64,000 nt of DNA, from NCBI GenBank assembly GCA_963769935.1, contig CAVYNY010000032.1, positions 32,001 through 96,000 on the forward strand, in the 5' to 3' direction. Source of the DNA: an uncultured delta proteobacterium. GTDB taxonomy: Bacteria; Desulfobacterota; Desulfobacteria; Desulfobacterales; JAFDCJ01. The notes under the pieces were generated by a model. The model saw nothing but the letters and a program-made list of their open reading frames with translations, ran no database searches and was not told the DNA's origin. Positions 39,534 to 49,941 of this stretch are shown here, piece after piece; the first letter of the stretch is position 1, and every line of letters begins with the position of its first letter. The position numbers and the translations under genes are program-made.

Positions 39534-40805
39534 ATGCCCGTGTATCTTAAAAAAGCCCAGGAAAGGCCGGCGGAAGATCTTTCTCAGGTAAGAGAAACGG
39601 TTCGCCGGATCATCGAAAAGGTCAAACAGGAGGGAGAGGATGCCGTCCGCCATTATTCGAAAGCCTTTGACCAGTGGGCACCCAAAAGTTTTAAAATATC
39701 TGAAAATGACATGCGTTCGGCCAGGGATAAACTGCCGGCCTCGATGGCCGAAGATATCGACTACTGTCAGGCCCAGATCCGCAATTTCGCCCGGGAGCAG
39801 ATGAAGCGCCTGGTGGACTTCGAGGTGGAGTCGATGCCGGGGGTTTGGCTCGGGCAAAAAATAATTCCGGTGGCATCTTCGGGTTCCTATGTTCCCGGCG
39901 GCCGCTATCCCATGCTGGCTTCGGCTCACATGACCGTCATCACGCCCAAGGTAGCCGGCGTCTCACGGGTGGTGGCCTGCACGCCGCCGGTCAAAGGGGA
40001 GGGCATCTACCCGGCCACGCTGTACTCGATGGTGGCCGGCGGCGCAGACGAGGTTTTTTGCATGGGGGGCGTGCAGGGCCTGGCCGCCCTGGCCTACGGC
40101 ATGCAGGGCCTCGAACCGGTGGATGTCGTGGTCGGTGCCGGCAACAAGTATGTGGCCGAAGCCAAACGGCAAATTTTCGGGGATGTCGGCATCGATCTGC
40201 TGGCCGGACCGACGGAGATACTGATCATTGCTGATAAAACCGCCGATCCATCCATCCTGGCGGCGGATTTGCTGGGTCAGGCCGAACACGATCCCAACTC
40301 CAGGCAGTGCCTGATCTGCCTTTCGAAAGCCATTGCCGAACAAACCCTGCAAGAACTTGAAAAACAGCTTAAAACCCTGCCGACCCGGGAAGTCGCGGCC
40401 CAATCCTGGGGCAATTACGGCGAAGTCGTGGTGGTGGATTCCCGCGAAGAGGCTGTTGAGCTGAGCGACCGCTGGGCACCCGAACATCTCGAGGTCCAAA
40501 CTGCGGACTGGCGTTATTTTCTGGATAATTGCAGGAACTATGGCTCCATGTTCTGCGGCGAAGAAACCACCGTTGCCTATGGCGACAAAACCATCGGCAC
40601 CAACCACGTACTGCCGACCATGCGGGCGGCCCGATACACAGGCGGCCTTTATGTCGGCAAGTTCGTCAAAACCGTAACTTATCAGCACGCCACCCGGGAG
40701 GCCTCGCTGAAAGTGGCCGAAATCTGCGAGCGCGCCTGCAATTACGAAAACATGCTGGCCCACGGTCTCAGCTGCCGGGTCAGGATTGATAAATACAAGA
40801 GTTAA
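39534..40805 (+). CDS. hisD: Histidinol dehydrogenase paralog (HisD/HpsN-like), probably catabolic
   Basis: YVPGG, GGVQ, AGPTE, QAEHD, APEHL, YGD...GTNHVLPT. YLKKA N-terminus and GGRYPMLASAHM match the HpsN-related clade. No other his genes nearby. Confidence 0.85.
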   Translation: MPVYLKKAQERPAEDLSQVRETVRRIIEKVKQEGEDAVRHYSKAFDQWAPKSFKISENDMRSARDKLPASMAEDIDYCQAQIRNFAREQMKRLVDFEVESMPGVWLGQKIIPVASSGSYVPGGRYPMLASAHMTVITPKVAGVSRVVACTPPVKGEGIYPATLYSMVAGGADEVFCMGGVQGLAALAYGMQGLEPVDVVVGAGNKYVAEAKRQIFGDVGIDLLAGPTEILIIADKTADPSILAADLLGQAEHDPNSRQCLICLSKAIAEQTLQELEKQLKTLPTREVAAQSWGNYGEVVVVDSREEAVELSDRWAPEHLEVQTADWRYFLDNCRNYGSMFCGEETTVAYGDKTIGTNHVLPTMRAARYTGGLYVGKFVKTVTYQHATREASLKVAEICERACNYENMLAHGLSCRVRIDKYKS

Positions 40806-41049
40806 TGAATCTTCGGCTTAACAAGGATCTACCGTATTGTGATCGTGTCGAATTGCCAATAGCGTGGTAGTGTTGGAGTACTGGAGTATTGAAGTAATGA
40901 ATTGGGCTTTGACGTCAATTCACTATACCCCAACACGGCAACTCTCCAGTACTTGAATCAAGGCTTTTATCAACTTAGGGCAATCTCATAATTGCCTCTT
41001 CATTGATAAGAATTTCAAAAAACCTTTAGGTTAAAAAGGAGGAGATCTC

Positions 41050-41970
41050 ATGACGAAACCGTTCCAGAGAGTCGCGGTTATCGGCACCGGCACCCTGGGT
41101 GCCCAGATAGCTATGCTGGCATCCAATGCGGGTTACAGCGTCAACGTTTTTGACCGGCAGTCGGGTGCATTTGATCAAATGATTCAAAAGCTGCAAGCGG
41201 ACATGAAAGCCAAAAAGGTGAGTCCGTTTATCGCCTATGATCAGTGGGACGTCTGCCGGCAGCAGATTCAGCAATTCGAAGAGCTGGAAGCGGCTGTCAA
41301 AGAGGCCGATCTGGTAATTGAAGCCGTGCCCGAAAATCTGGAGCTTAAACAGAAGGTATTCCGCCAACTTGGGGAACTTGCCCCGCCGGCGGCCATTCTG
41401 GCCACCAACAGTTCTTCGATTCCGGTATCCCGCCTGGAGCAGAGCAGCGGCCGGCCCGAGCGCTGCCTGAACCTGCATTTTTACATGGCGCTGCACGGCA
41501 TGAATATCGCCGATGTCATGGGCGGCACCTGCACGCTGGCCGAAGTGATGGATCAGGGCATCAACTGGGTGCGGTCGCTGGGGTGCATTCCTTTGACCGT
41601 GAAAAAAGAGCTGCTGGGGTTTTGCTTCAACCGCGTGTGGCGCGCCGTCAAGCGCGAGGTGCTGTACATGTGGTCCAATGATTATGTGGACTTCAGGGAT
41701 GTGGACCGCGCCTGGATGAAGTTTACCGGCCGCGAAGACCGGCCCGGACCCTTCGGACTGATGGACAGCGTCGGACTCGATGTGATCTATGACATCGAAA
41801 TGGTCTATTACCGGGATTCAGAGGATCCCAAGGATCATCCGCCGGAGGCCCTTAAACGGAAAGTTGAAAGCGGTGAGTTGGGGGTCAAGACCGGACGGGG
41901 ATTTTACACCTATCCGGATCCGGAGTATCTTCAGGCTGATTTTTTGAAGGCGGTTAAAATTGAAGATTGA
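41050..41970 (+). CDS. 3-hydroxyacyl-CoA dehydrogenase family protein
   Basis: IGTGTLG.QIA, EAVPENLELK, ATNSSS, GFCFNR, GPFGLMD.VGLD, GELGVKTG.GFY. Confidence 0.9.
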   Translation: MTKPFQRVAVIGTGTLGAQIAMLASNAGYSVNVFDRQSGAFDQMIQKLQADMKAKKVSPFIAYDQWDVCRQQIQQFEELEAAVKEADLVIEAVPENLELKQKVFRQLGELAPPAAILATNSSSIPVSRLEQSSGRPERCLNLHFYMALHGMNIADVMGGTCTLAEVMDQGINWVRSLGCIPLTVKKELLGFCFNRVWRAVKREVLYMWSNDYVDFRDVDRAWMKFTGREDRPGPFGLMDSVGLDVIYDIEMVYYRDSEDPKDHPPEALKRKVESGELGVKTGRGFYTYPDPEYLQADFLKAVKIED

Positions 41971-42560
41971 CTATTGAATAGTTGTGGTATTCTGTCGATT
42001 TAAATTTGCATTCGCGTTCAATGGAACCTGAACCGGAATTGTCAGAAAAAGCCCGGCATGGACTGATTGCCGCAACGAGCAGCTAATGCGTTCAGCCGAT
42101 GGCTGCATAGATTTTGCCGCCATGAGAAGGCGGGCAGTTTGATCGAAGACGAAACTTCTTGGGAACCAGAAAAAAGTTTTAAGATGTTGTGGGAGCGGTT
42201 TTCCCTCCGGGCGTAAGCTCTACCCTCCGGCCTGCAAGCCCTACGGGCTATAAGCGGGGCTGGAGGCAACCGCGATCAATTCGGTCGGGCCATCACCTGG
42301 AATCGCAGTTAATAGCCACTCCCACCAACCATTTACTCTATCCTAAAGGTGGCATCGAATTTAATTTTGCTTCATATGTGATTTCAGCAGATTCATACCA
42401 GGGCTTTCCCTGCGAACCGCAGATTCCCTCCGGCCGGAAGCTGCCCGCCCCGTTCTGACTTTAAGGATATGCCCTCTGCCGTCTTTCAGTTTTTTTCTCA
42501 TCTTCTCATCTTCCCAGCTTCGTACCTTCTCACCTTCTCACCCTCTCACCTTCTTTCCTT

Positions 42561-43229
42561 TCACCCCAACACCACCAGCGCATCCACCGCGACCGGTCGG
42601 CCGCCGGAAATAATGACGGGGTTGATGTCAATTTCCTTTATTTTTTCATTTTCCATTCCGATCCGGCCGACCGTAATCAGCATATGCGCCAGTAAATCCC
42701 GATCGGCGGCCTCCATGCCGCGCACGGCGTCCAGTATTTTGTGGGCTTTGATTTCCTGCATCATTTCAAGGGCGTCCCTTTTATCCAGGGGTGCAACCCG
42801 AAAAGCCGTGTCATTCAGCACCTCGGTAAAGATGCCGCCCAGACCAAACATAACGCAGGGGCCAAACTGAGGATCTCGGGTCAATCCCAGCACCAGCTCG
42901 CGCGTGCCCCTGATCATCTGCTGAACCAGAACGGCTTTGCCATCAGCGCTCATGTCCGCCATAATTTCTTCGAAAGCAGCCGCGGCCTCCCCGGCGTTTC
43001 TGACATCCAGCCGGATCAATCCTTTTTCGGTCTTGTGAGCGAGGTCCGCCGAACATCCTTTAAGAACCAGCGGATAGCCGATTTCAGCGGCGGCTTCGTT
43101 TAGTTCCCCATGGGTTTTGACCAGTTTTTCGCGGGTGACCGGCAGACCGTATGACGCCAGGACCAATTTGGATTCGTACTCGGAAAGCGTCGATCGGTTT
43201 TCTTTCAGGGCATCGTCTATGATTCTCAT
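42561..43229 (-). CDS. Stand-alone ATP-grasp (beta) subunit of an ADP-forming acyl-CoA synthetase
   Basis: LSEYESK, HKTEKG, DPQFGPCVMFGLGG, EIDINP, AVDALV. Confidence 0.88.
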   Translation of the reverse strand: MRIIDDALKENRSTLSEYESKLVLASYGLPVTREKLVKTHGELNEAAAEIGYPLVLKGCSADLAHKTEKGLIRLDVRNAGEAAAAFEEIMADMSADGKAVLVQQMIRGTRELVLGLTRDPQFGPCVMFGLGGIFTEVLNDTAFRVAPLDKRDALEMMQEIKAHKILDAVRGMEAADRDLLAHMLITVGRIGMENEKIKEIDINPVIISGGRPVAVDALVVLG

Positions 43230-43617
43230 CGGTTCCTCTCTTTGGGTTTTATTAATAAGTTCGGAATTATTTAGACAAAGTTGGTGCAATTGCGAATTCG
43301 GACTGCCCGATTGGACCACCCGCTGCGCTCCAGGCACAGAAGACACGGAGGGGTATTATTCTTTACTTAATTATTTATGGCCCCCTAAGTAATTCTAACT
43401 TTTATTTATCAAGTTGAATTTATACTGTAAAATCGGAAATGTAAAGATTTTGATTAACCCAATAGCTACAAAAAATATTCCATTTGCATTTCTGAAATGG
43501 AATAAATGTGATATGAAAAGTTTTACGGCCGGGGAAGCCGAACAAAATGACTGAAAACTCACCCTTTGCTCAGGCTTTCGGCAAGTCATGAAATGGGCTG
43601 TGTTCTGTCTTTAAAAT

Positions 43618-45201
43618 ATGCGACAAAACAGCGGTAGCAATATGATCAAGTCAATGAACATTGCCTGGTGGGTCAAGCGCTGGAGCGAATTGCATCCGCA
43701 CAAAACTGCGATCATTTTCGAAGGCAACCGGATAAGTTATCTGGAGCTGCATCAAAGGGTCAATCGGTCGTGCTGCTGGCTTCAGTCGCTGGGAATCGAG
43801 AAAGGCGACCGGGTTGCGGTCATGTTAGGCAATTGTCCGGAATTTCTTGAACTCTTCCTGGCATGCTCAAGGTTGGGTGCGCTTTTCGTGCCGATCAATT
43901 ACCGGCTGGCGGCGCCGGAATTGGACTATACGCTTACCAATTCACGACCCAGGCTTTTCGTTTTCGGAGCTGAATTTGTCGAGACCGTGTCCAGTCTTAA
44001 CCTGAATAAACGCCGGCTCTTGATGCTGCTGGCCGGTATTCCTGCCTGCACCCGAATTGCGGATGTCCTGGACTATCATGCCGATTCGGCTCCTTTTGAG
44101 GGACAGCAGCCCTTTCTTACCGATTTAATGGCGCCGGCCGTTCCGGAGGAAGCGCATGTGATTATGTATACCTCCGGCACCACCGGGCAGCCCAAAGGCG
44201 CCGTACTATCGCATCGCAAAACGTTTTTTAACTGCCTCAATGCGGACATTTTTTTCAAACTCCATTTTGATGATAAGATGCTCATTGTCCTGCCGCTTTT
44301 TCATTCCGGCGGACTTTTTATTCAGGCTTCGCCCGTGATTTACAAAGGGGCGACAATAATTCTCCATAGAAATTTCGATCCGCACCGAACCTACCGGGAT
44401 ATCCGGGAGTATCAGGTGACCAAATTTCTCGGCGTACCGACGATCTACAAGTCTCTGGTCAAGGCGGAATCGGAGCAGAGAGCGGATCTATCATCATTGA
44501 GGGTCAGCGCCATCGGCGGTGAAAAATTAACGCCGGAACTGATGGCACAGTTTAAAGAAGCCGGCTTCTCGCTGCGCCAGATCATGGGACAGACTGAAAC
44601 TTCAATTCTCTTATGGGCCCATGAGGAGGATGCCGACCGTAAGCCGGATTCGGTCGGCCGGCCTGTTTTTCATGCCGACGTTCGGGTGGTGGACCGCAAC
44701 GGCCGCCCCTGTGAACCCGGGCAGGTGGGGGAGATCGTCGTGCGGGGCTCGATTATGATGACGGAATACTGGCAGGATCCCGTCAAAACCGAAGAAACGA
44801 TCAGGGGCGGATGGCTGCACACCGGCGATCTGGCCCGCATGGATGAAGACGGTTATTTTTACCTTATCGACCGGGCCAGGGATATGTTTGTTTCCGGGGG
44901 TGAAAATGTATATCCGGCGGAGATTGAAAGGGTTCTGCGGATGCATTCGGAGGTTGAGGACATCGCGGTCGTCGGCATGCCGGACGAAACCTGGGGTGAG
45001 GTAGGTTGTGCTTTTGTGATACCGAAACCGAAAGCCAATCCCAGGGCCGAAGATTTGATCAAATATTGCGACGGTAAACTGGCGCGATATAAATGGCCCA
45101 GGCACATTCAGCTCCGCGCGGAATTTCCGCTCACCGCCCTGGGCAAAGTGCGTAAAACAGAGCTTAAAGAACGATACCTGGCGCAGAGAAAAAACAAATA
45201 G
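43618..45201 (+). CDS. AMP-forming acyl-CoA ligase (FadD/MenE-like)
   Basis: YTSGTTGQPKG, GQTET, HTGDL, SGGENVYPAEIE, GKVRK. Confidence 0.9.
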   Translation: MRQNSGSNMIKSMNIAWWVKRWSELHPHKTAIIFEGNRISYLELHQRVNRSCCWLQSLGIEKGDRVAVMLGNCPEFLELFLACSRLGALFVPINYRLAAPELDYTLTNSRPRLFVFGAEFVETVSSLNLNKRRLLMLLAGIPACTRIADVLDYHADSAPFEGQQPFLTDLMAPAVPEEAHVIMYTSGTTGQPKGAVLSHRKTFFNCLNADIFFKLHFDDKMLIVLPLFHSGGLFIQASPVIYKGATIILHRNFDPHRTYRDIREYQVTKFLGVPTIYKSLVKAESEQRADLSSLRVSAIGGEKLTPELMAQFKEAGFSLRQIMGQTETSILLWAHEEDADRKPDSVGRPVFHADVRVVDRNGRPCEPGQVGEIVVRGSIMMTEYWQDPVKTEETIRGGWLHTGDLARMDEDGYFYLIDRARDMFVSGGENVYPAEIERVLRMHSEVEDIAVVGMPDETWGEVGCAFVIPKPKANPRAEDLIKYCDGKLARYKWPRHIQLRAEFPLTALGKVRKTELKERYLAQRKNK

Positions 45202-45284
45202 AATACGGTTCTGTTTGGTTCATTATCAGATCTACATATTTCAGGCAATCTTTCGAGGGTATTTTGAGTTCCAGCCCCGAAACC

Positions 45285-46046
45285 TCAGAACCGAATCGAC
45301 ATGCAGGTCAACGCGCCGTCCATTTTGCGCACTTCACTGGTTTCAAGCTCGATTATTTTAAAGCCGAGAGACTCAAGTTGTTTGCGGGTGCGCGGGAATC
45401 CCGCGGGCATCAGTAAATGCTCATTGACCAGCAGGGTGTTGGCCGCATAATCCTCAATACTCTCGGTTACAATTCGGTCATATCCTTTGAGCTGCTCACT
45501 GTGCGCAAAGTCGGTGGTTACGAGCAGTGTGTTGCCGCCGACATAAGTGACACCGGATTTAAAGTGCAGTCCTGCGCCCACCGCCACCGGGGTCCAGGTG
45601 TTGCCGTAGCTTTGCAGGATTCGGCCCAGCTGCTCGGCGCCCTGTCTGTTGGTGCGCTCCGACAGCCCGATAAAGAAATGGCTGCCCACCTGAAGGACAT
45701 CGCCGCCGTCGACGGTGCCGGGAGCCTGGATGCGCTCAACTTTACGGAATTCAGCCAGAACCGGTGCAATGAATTCCTCCTCGCCCCGGCGCGCTGCGGC
45801 TCCCGGATTGGTAATGACGGCCACATCCGAAGTTACCACGGCGGTATCTTCGACAAAATGCGCATCCGGAAAATCCGGCAGGGGATCGAGTACGATCACC
45901 TCGAGTCCGGCGGCGGTCAAGGCTTCAAGGTAGGCCGCATGCTGTTTGACCATCAAAGCATAGTCGGCCGGTTCGGAGCTGACGGCTGTGCTGAGGCCCC
46001 GGGCAAAATTCTTACATGGCTTTCTGGTTACGGCGTGGGTGAACAT
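45285..46046 (-). CDS. Dimethylarginine dimethylaminohydrolase (amidinotransferase family)
   Basis: PDAHFVEDTAV, RRGE, DGGDVL, LHFKS, DGALTCMS. Confidence 0.9.
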   Translation of the reverse strand: MFTHAVTRKPCKNFARGLSTAVSSEPADYALMVKQHAAYLEALTAAGLEVIVLDPLPDFPDAHFVEDTAVVTSDVAVITNPGAAARRGEEEFIAPVLAEFRKVERIQAPGTVDGGDVLQVGSHFFIGLSERTNRQGAEQLGRILQSYGNTWTPVAVGAGLHFKSGVTYVGGNTLLVTTDFAHSEQLKGYDRIVTESIEDYAANTLLVNEHLLMPAGFPRTRKQLESLGFKIIELETSEVRKMDGALTCMSIRF

Positions 46047-46097
46047 CGGTCGGGAATCCTTTTCTCTGCAGCAATCTATTTGCTTGATCCTGGATAA

Positions 46098-46484
46098 TCA
46101 TTGAACTTGCGCAATTTTTGTCAGCTGGTACGCTTCCTTCGGCCAATCCCGCAGTATTTGCAGAATCTCTCGGATGTAGGCGCACTCACATCGTGCCACA
46201 CAGGCTTCGAGAATCTCTTTGTCCAGGCAGTAGCCGGGACATGGCCCGGAGCCTGTCAACCGCTCCGAAAATATCGGTCCATCATAGAGGTCTTTGAATA
46301 GACCGGCAGGAATAGCAATTGTCGACATACATGTCAGATGGTTATATAGGAAATACCCAAGCTCCAGTTCGCTGAAATTTGCCTGATAACCTATTAGCCT
46401 CAGGTTGCCGTCATTCAGGAATTCATCCCGGGTAAACCATGGGTTCTCGCAGCAGCTGCATTTTTTAAATACTTGCATCGTCAC
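46098..46484 (-). CDS. Cys-rich hypothetical protein
   Basis: FKKCSCC...NHLTC.ST...CPGYC...C..RCECAYIREILQ. Confidence 0.75.
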   Translation of the reverse strand: MTMQVFKKCSCCENPWFTRDEFLNDGNLRLIGYQANFSELELGYFLYNHLTCMSTIAIPAGLFKDLYDGPIFSERLTGSGPCPGYCLDKEILEACVARCECAYIREILQILRDWPKEAYQLTKIAQVQ

Positions 46485-46573
46485 ACCATTTCATTTCACA
46501 TACTTCGTGAAGCCATTAGTTCCTGATTTGTGTTTTTGTTTATCGGCTGTCGTCGGATAACGACCTGTTAAAC

Positions 46574-46591
46574 ATGCAAAAATTGTTCCCG
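46574..46591 (-). promoter_or_regulatory. Possible sigma54 -24/-12 promoter
   Basis: CGGGAACAATTTTTGCAT (GG-N10-GC), about 90 bp upstream of the Cys-rich gene. Confidence 0.45.
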
Positions 46592-46883
46592 ACTGTCTAT
46601 TTTGCTGTGTTTACAAGAGAGAGCTCTCGCTGACGCTTGATATTATTCGTTTTAGGGCAAAATCAGTCAAGACAATACTTCAGCCTTCCGTCTCATCATT
46701 CAGCGGCAGGATTTGCCGGAAAGGGCCGATTGTCAAAAAAATGGCACATACTGCGGTATCCGGACCTTTGAATGAAACTTCATCAGACCAATGTCATTTC
46801 AGTCAGCTGCCTGGTAATCTTTTGCGTTTTCATAAAGACCTATCAATCCGACAAAAATCCGCATTTCGAATTTCGCAATCGAA

Positions 46884-47555
46884 TTATTGCTTGGCCATGG
46901 CACTGATGAAGGCGTTGGCTTCTTTAATTGAAGCATTCATTTCCCTGATCAGGGCATCAACATCGGATTGGACGGAAACCAGTTCGGTTTGCAGCGAGGC
47001 GATTGCTTTGGCGTTCAGGTTGTGCTTAAGGTACAGGACCTGATCCTTAAACGCTGCCAGCACCGGATCCATTTTTTTTTCAGCCCGTTTCATGGCACTG
47101 ATCAGTTGGCTATACTGCCGTTTGGTCTGCTGCAGTTTGGCAGCGCTGCTGCGGCGCAAGCTGCTGTTGCTGTACTGGTCAAGCTCGGATTCCCACTCTT
47201 CAAACAGCGCCTTGGCCACATCTTCGACAGATTTGATGCGATCACTTACGTTTTCAGCGCGTGCTTCGCTCCGGTCGTATGCGGTCTTCAATTCATCATA
47301 TTTTTTTTCCAGGGCACCGCCCTCAAAATTAACGACGGTTCTAAATTTTTCCAGGGCCGACTCGAATTCTTCCTTCGCATCCTGCTGGGCGTCGCGGGCC
47401 GATTCAACGCGATTTACCATTAAATCCCGTTTGGGGTAGCCCAGTTTTTCCAGGGTGCCGTAATACGCAGACGAGCACCCCCACAAGAGGGTGCATATCG
47501 TACCAAGCAAAACCAGATTCAGGCGGTGTGGCACAATTGTTGCCGGCATGAACAT
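46884..47555 (-). CDS. DUF2959-like lipoprotein
   Basis: LWGC lipobox, YY...EK.G..KRD..V.RV, F.DQVLYLKHNLNA.AI. Confidence 0.85.
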   Translation of the reverse strand: MFMPATIVPHRLNLVLLGTICTLLWGCSSAYYGTLEKLGYPKRDLMVNRVESARDAQQDAKEEFESALEKFRTVVNFEGGALEKKYDELKTAYDRSEARAENVSDRIKSVEDVAKALFEEWESELDQYSNSSLRRSSAAKLQQTKRQYSQLISAMKRAEKKMDPVLAAFKDQVLYLKHNLNAKAIASLQTELVSVQSDVDALIREMNASIKEANAFISAMAKQ

Positions 47556-47567
47556 AGTCCCTTCTAT

Positions 47568-48032
47568 CTAAAAGAACACATCGATAACCCTGCCGTCCGA
47601 CATTTGGCAGAGTCCGAAACCCCCGCTGGAAAATCCGAGAACCACATCGGTTAATCTAAACCGGCACGCCATTTGGCGGCCCTTGCTGCCGGATAACAAC
47701 GCCTTCACGTTGCCGGGAAAGCTCAGAAGGGCGGGAAAACTTGCCGGCTGAGCGGTGCCTTGGGAGGCGCCGGCCGCCATCATATCCTTCTGCGCGTCGA
47801 GCTTTTCAGGCTTGCCTTGGAAACGCTGGCCGTCGGGCAGCGTGGTGATCAATTCAGCTGCCGCGATTCTAGTATCTGTAAAGGTGATCTGGATTCTTGC
47901 AGCGTCCTGCCGGATAACGCCATCCATGGTGCCCGAACACCCGAGCACAACCATTAATACCATCGCTGCCAAGACCCCAATTACCGGTTTTTTCATTTCC
48001 AGAATCCTCATGAGTTGATGAATGCAGTGCAA
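47568..48032 (-). CDS. Hypothetical lipoprotein
   Basis: VLGC lipobox; M.CRF...GG.GLC..SDG..IDVFF. The start is probably at the internal MKKP. Confidence 0.7.
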   Translation of the reverse strand: MHCIHQLMRILEMKKPVIGVLAAMVLMVVLGCSGTMDGVIRQDAARIQITFTDTRIAAAELITTLPDGQRFQGKPEKLDAQKDMMAAGASQGTAQPASFPALLSFPGNVKALLSGSKGRQMACRFRLTDVVLGFSSGGFGLCQMSDGRVIDVFF

Positions 48033-48076
48033 TTTGATTCCAAAATTGCAAACCTGGTCTTGTGGGCCAGGATTCT

Positions 48077-48988
48077 TTACTTCTTCGTTTTCAAACTGAT
48101 GCCCAGCACGTTGGGTACCGGACGAGATATAAGCTTCTTAATATTTCCTTTAAGCTCGATGTCATAATTGCCGACGAATTCGTATTCGTGATCTCCGATG
48201 TGGATATACAACTGCGCCTGCGGACCGCCTTCAACATACATCGCTCTGGCGATGTTGAGGGGTAGTTGTTTAAGGATGTCGATAACGTCGTGGGTGCTGT
48301 AAGGCGATCCGACATGGATAAACAATACCCGCTCACGGTCATCGATTCCAATGGCCGCCGTACTCCATTTTTGGGGTTGTTGCGTCCAGACGTTTTTCCC
48401 GGTGCACGAAATCATGCGAATACTTTGGATCATGGTGCCGTATTTCTTATTCCACGTTTCGAAATCATCGCACTGCCGATCAATTATTTTTACCCGGGGA
48501 ACGTCGGCCTGCTTTCTGTCAAAGGCCAGGACCGCCATATCTTTGGAAAGTCGCGGGTTATTCACATGGGCTTTGGTGCGCATCAAAGATACGCTGCTTT
48601 TGTAATCGGCCTGGTACATGCTGGCGTTGATGACGGCCACCAACCCGTTTTGGCGGCTCCATTCCTTGGCGGACATCGGCCGCCCGTTTTCATCGGCCGA
48701 CGCATTGAGCAATCTCAGCTTGTAGCGCTGCGGATCGATTCTCAGTACTCGTATTTTTGAATCGCCGATTTCCGAAGGCAGGTGAGAGGAAAAAATTCCC
48801 AACTCAAGTCCTTCCGCGAGTTTCAGCCACCCGGGATCTGCATCCGAAGCGGTATTTCGGGTCTGCTCGCCGGTTTCGGCGGCAACCGGGCAACTGCCGG
48901 AAATGAGCATCAGAAATGTCATTGCTGCTGCAAACTTGGCAAGCGATGCACCGATGCCCGGGCTTTTGTTCAAAAACGATAACATCAT
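48077..48988 (-). CDS. Phosphodiester glycosidase (NAGPA/DUF2233-like) family protein
   Basis: VLRIDP, VINASMY, TAAIGID, AMYVEGG. Confidence 0.75.
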   Translation of the reverse strand: MMLSFLNKSPGIGASLAKFAAAMTFLMLISGSCPVAAETGEQTRNTASDADPGWLKLAEGLELGIFSSHLPSEIGDSKIRVLRIDPQRYKLRLLNASADENGRPMSAKEWSRQNGLVAVINASMYQADYKSSVSLMRTKAHVNNPRLSKDMAVLAFDRKQADVPRVKIIDRQCDDFETWNKKYGTMIQSIRMISCTGKNVWTQQPQKWSTAAIGIDDRERVLFIHVGSPYSTHDVIDILKQLPLNIARAMYVEGGPQAQLYIHIGDHEYEFVGNYDIELKGNIKKLISRPVPNVLGISLKTKK

Positions 48989-49149
48989 GTTCCTTTACGC
49001 TCACAATCGACATCTATTCGTGTTATAAAACAAATGATGCTTGGTTGTAAAGATGTTAACCCAATCCAAGAATGCCTTTGTTGCAATTTTTTCCGGCTTT
49101 ACTTTATACGAGGCCATCAAAATTTGTAACCTTAAAAGGGAGGAACTCG

Positions 49150-49674
49150 ATGTCTAATGAAAATAATCTAAAGGATCCGGCAGCTGATGAAAAACCGGTG
49201 AAAGAGGACAATCTCAATGCCAGGCTCGGCGTGCTGACCCGGCGTGAGGTGGAAGCCCGCATGCTTAAACCCATCATCGATGCCCTGGGTGAGGCCTTCG
49301 GTCGCGATGCGGTGCTGGCCGTAGTGCGGGATACCATTGTCGGGGTTGCCCGGGAGCAGGGAGCAGCACTCAGGCGACAGATGGGGGGCGATTCGCTGAA
49401 TTATTTTGTCGATTCCCTCAACTACTGGACCAGGGACCATGCCCTCGAAATCGATATAATCGAAGAATCCGATAAGATATTATCTTTCAATGTTACCCGC
49501 TGCCGCTATGCCGAGCTTTATGAAAGTTTGGGGATACGCAATATCGGCACCATTTTATCCTGCACCCGGGATTTTTCTCTGGTCGAGGGCTTTAATCCGG
49601 ATATTTCGCTGAAACGAACCCGGACGATTATGGAAGGCGCCGATTATTGCGATTTTCGCTATCGGCTTATATGA
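49150..49674 (+). CDS. L-2-amino-thiazoline-4-carboxylic acid hydrolase family protein
   Basis: [38 protein letters not shown]. Confidence 0.85.
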   Translation: MSNENNLKDPAADEKPVKEDNLNARLGVLTRREVEARMLKPIIDALGEAFGRDAVLAVVRDTIVGVAREQGAALRRQMGGDSLNYFVDSLNYWTRDHALEIDIIEESDKILSFNVTRCRYAELYESLGIRNIGTILSCTRDFSLVEGFNPDISLKRTRTIMEGADYCDFRYRLI

Positions 49675-49941
49675 AACTACATCTCACACAGAGCACTCAG
49701 AGATCACAGAGGTTAGGGTTGGCAGCCGCCTGCGGCGAAAGAAAAATGTTCTCCGCGGTCTCTGTGAGCTCTAACGAAGTGGGCGTGATAGTAAATCCAA
49801 CTGTGTCCGAATTCCCAAAAGTTTTTTTCTCGATTAATCTGGCCGTCTTTTGGGCCAGCGGCCCGGCTCGTGTGAAACTTCAATTAGATGAAGGTATGGA
49901 ATGGATCCGATTATTTTCATTAAAATAAGAATCCATTCCTC

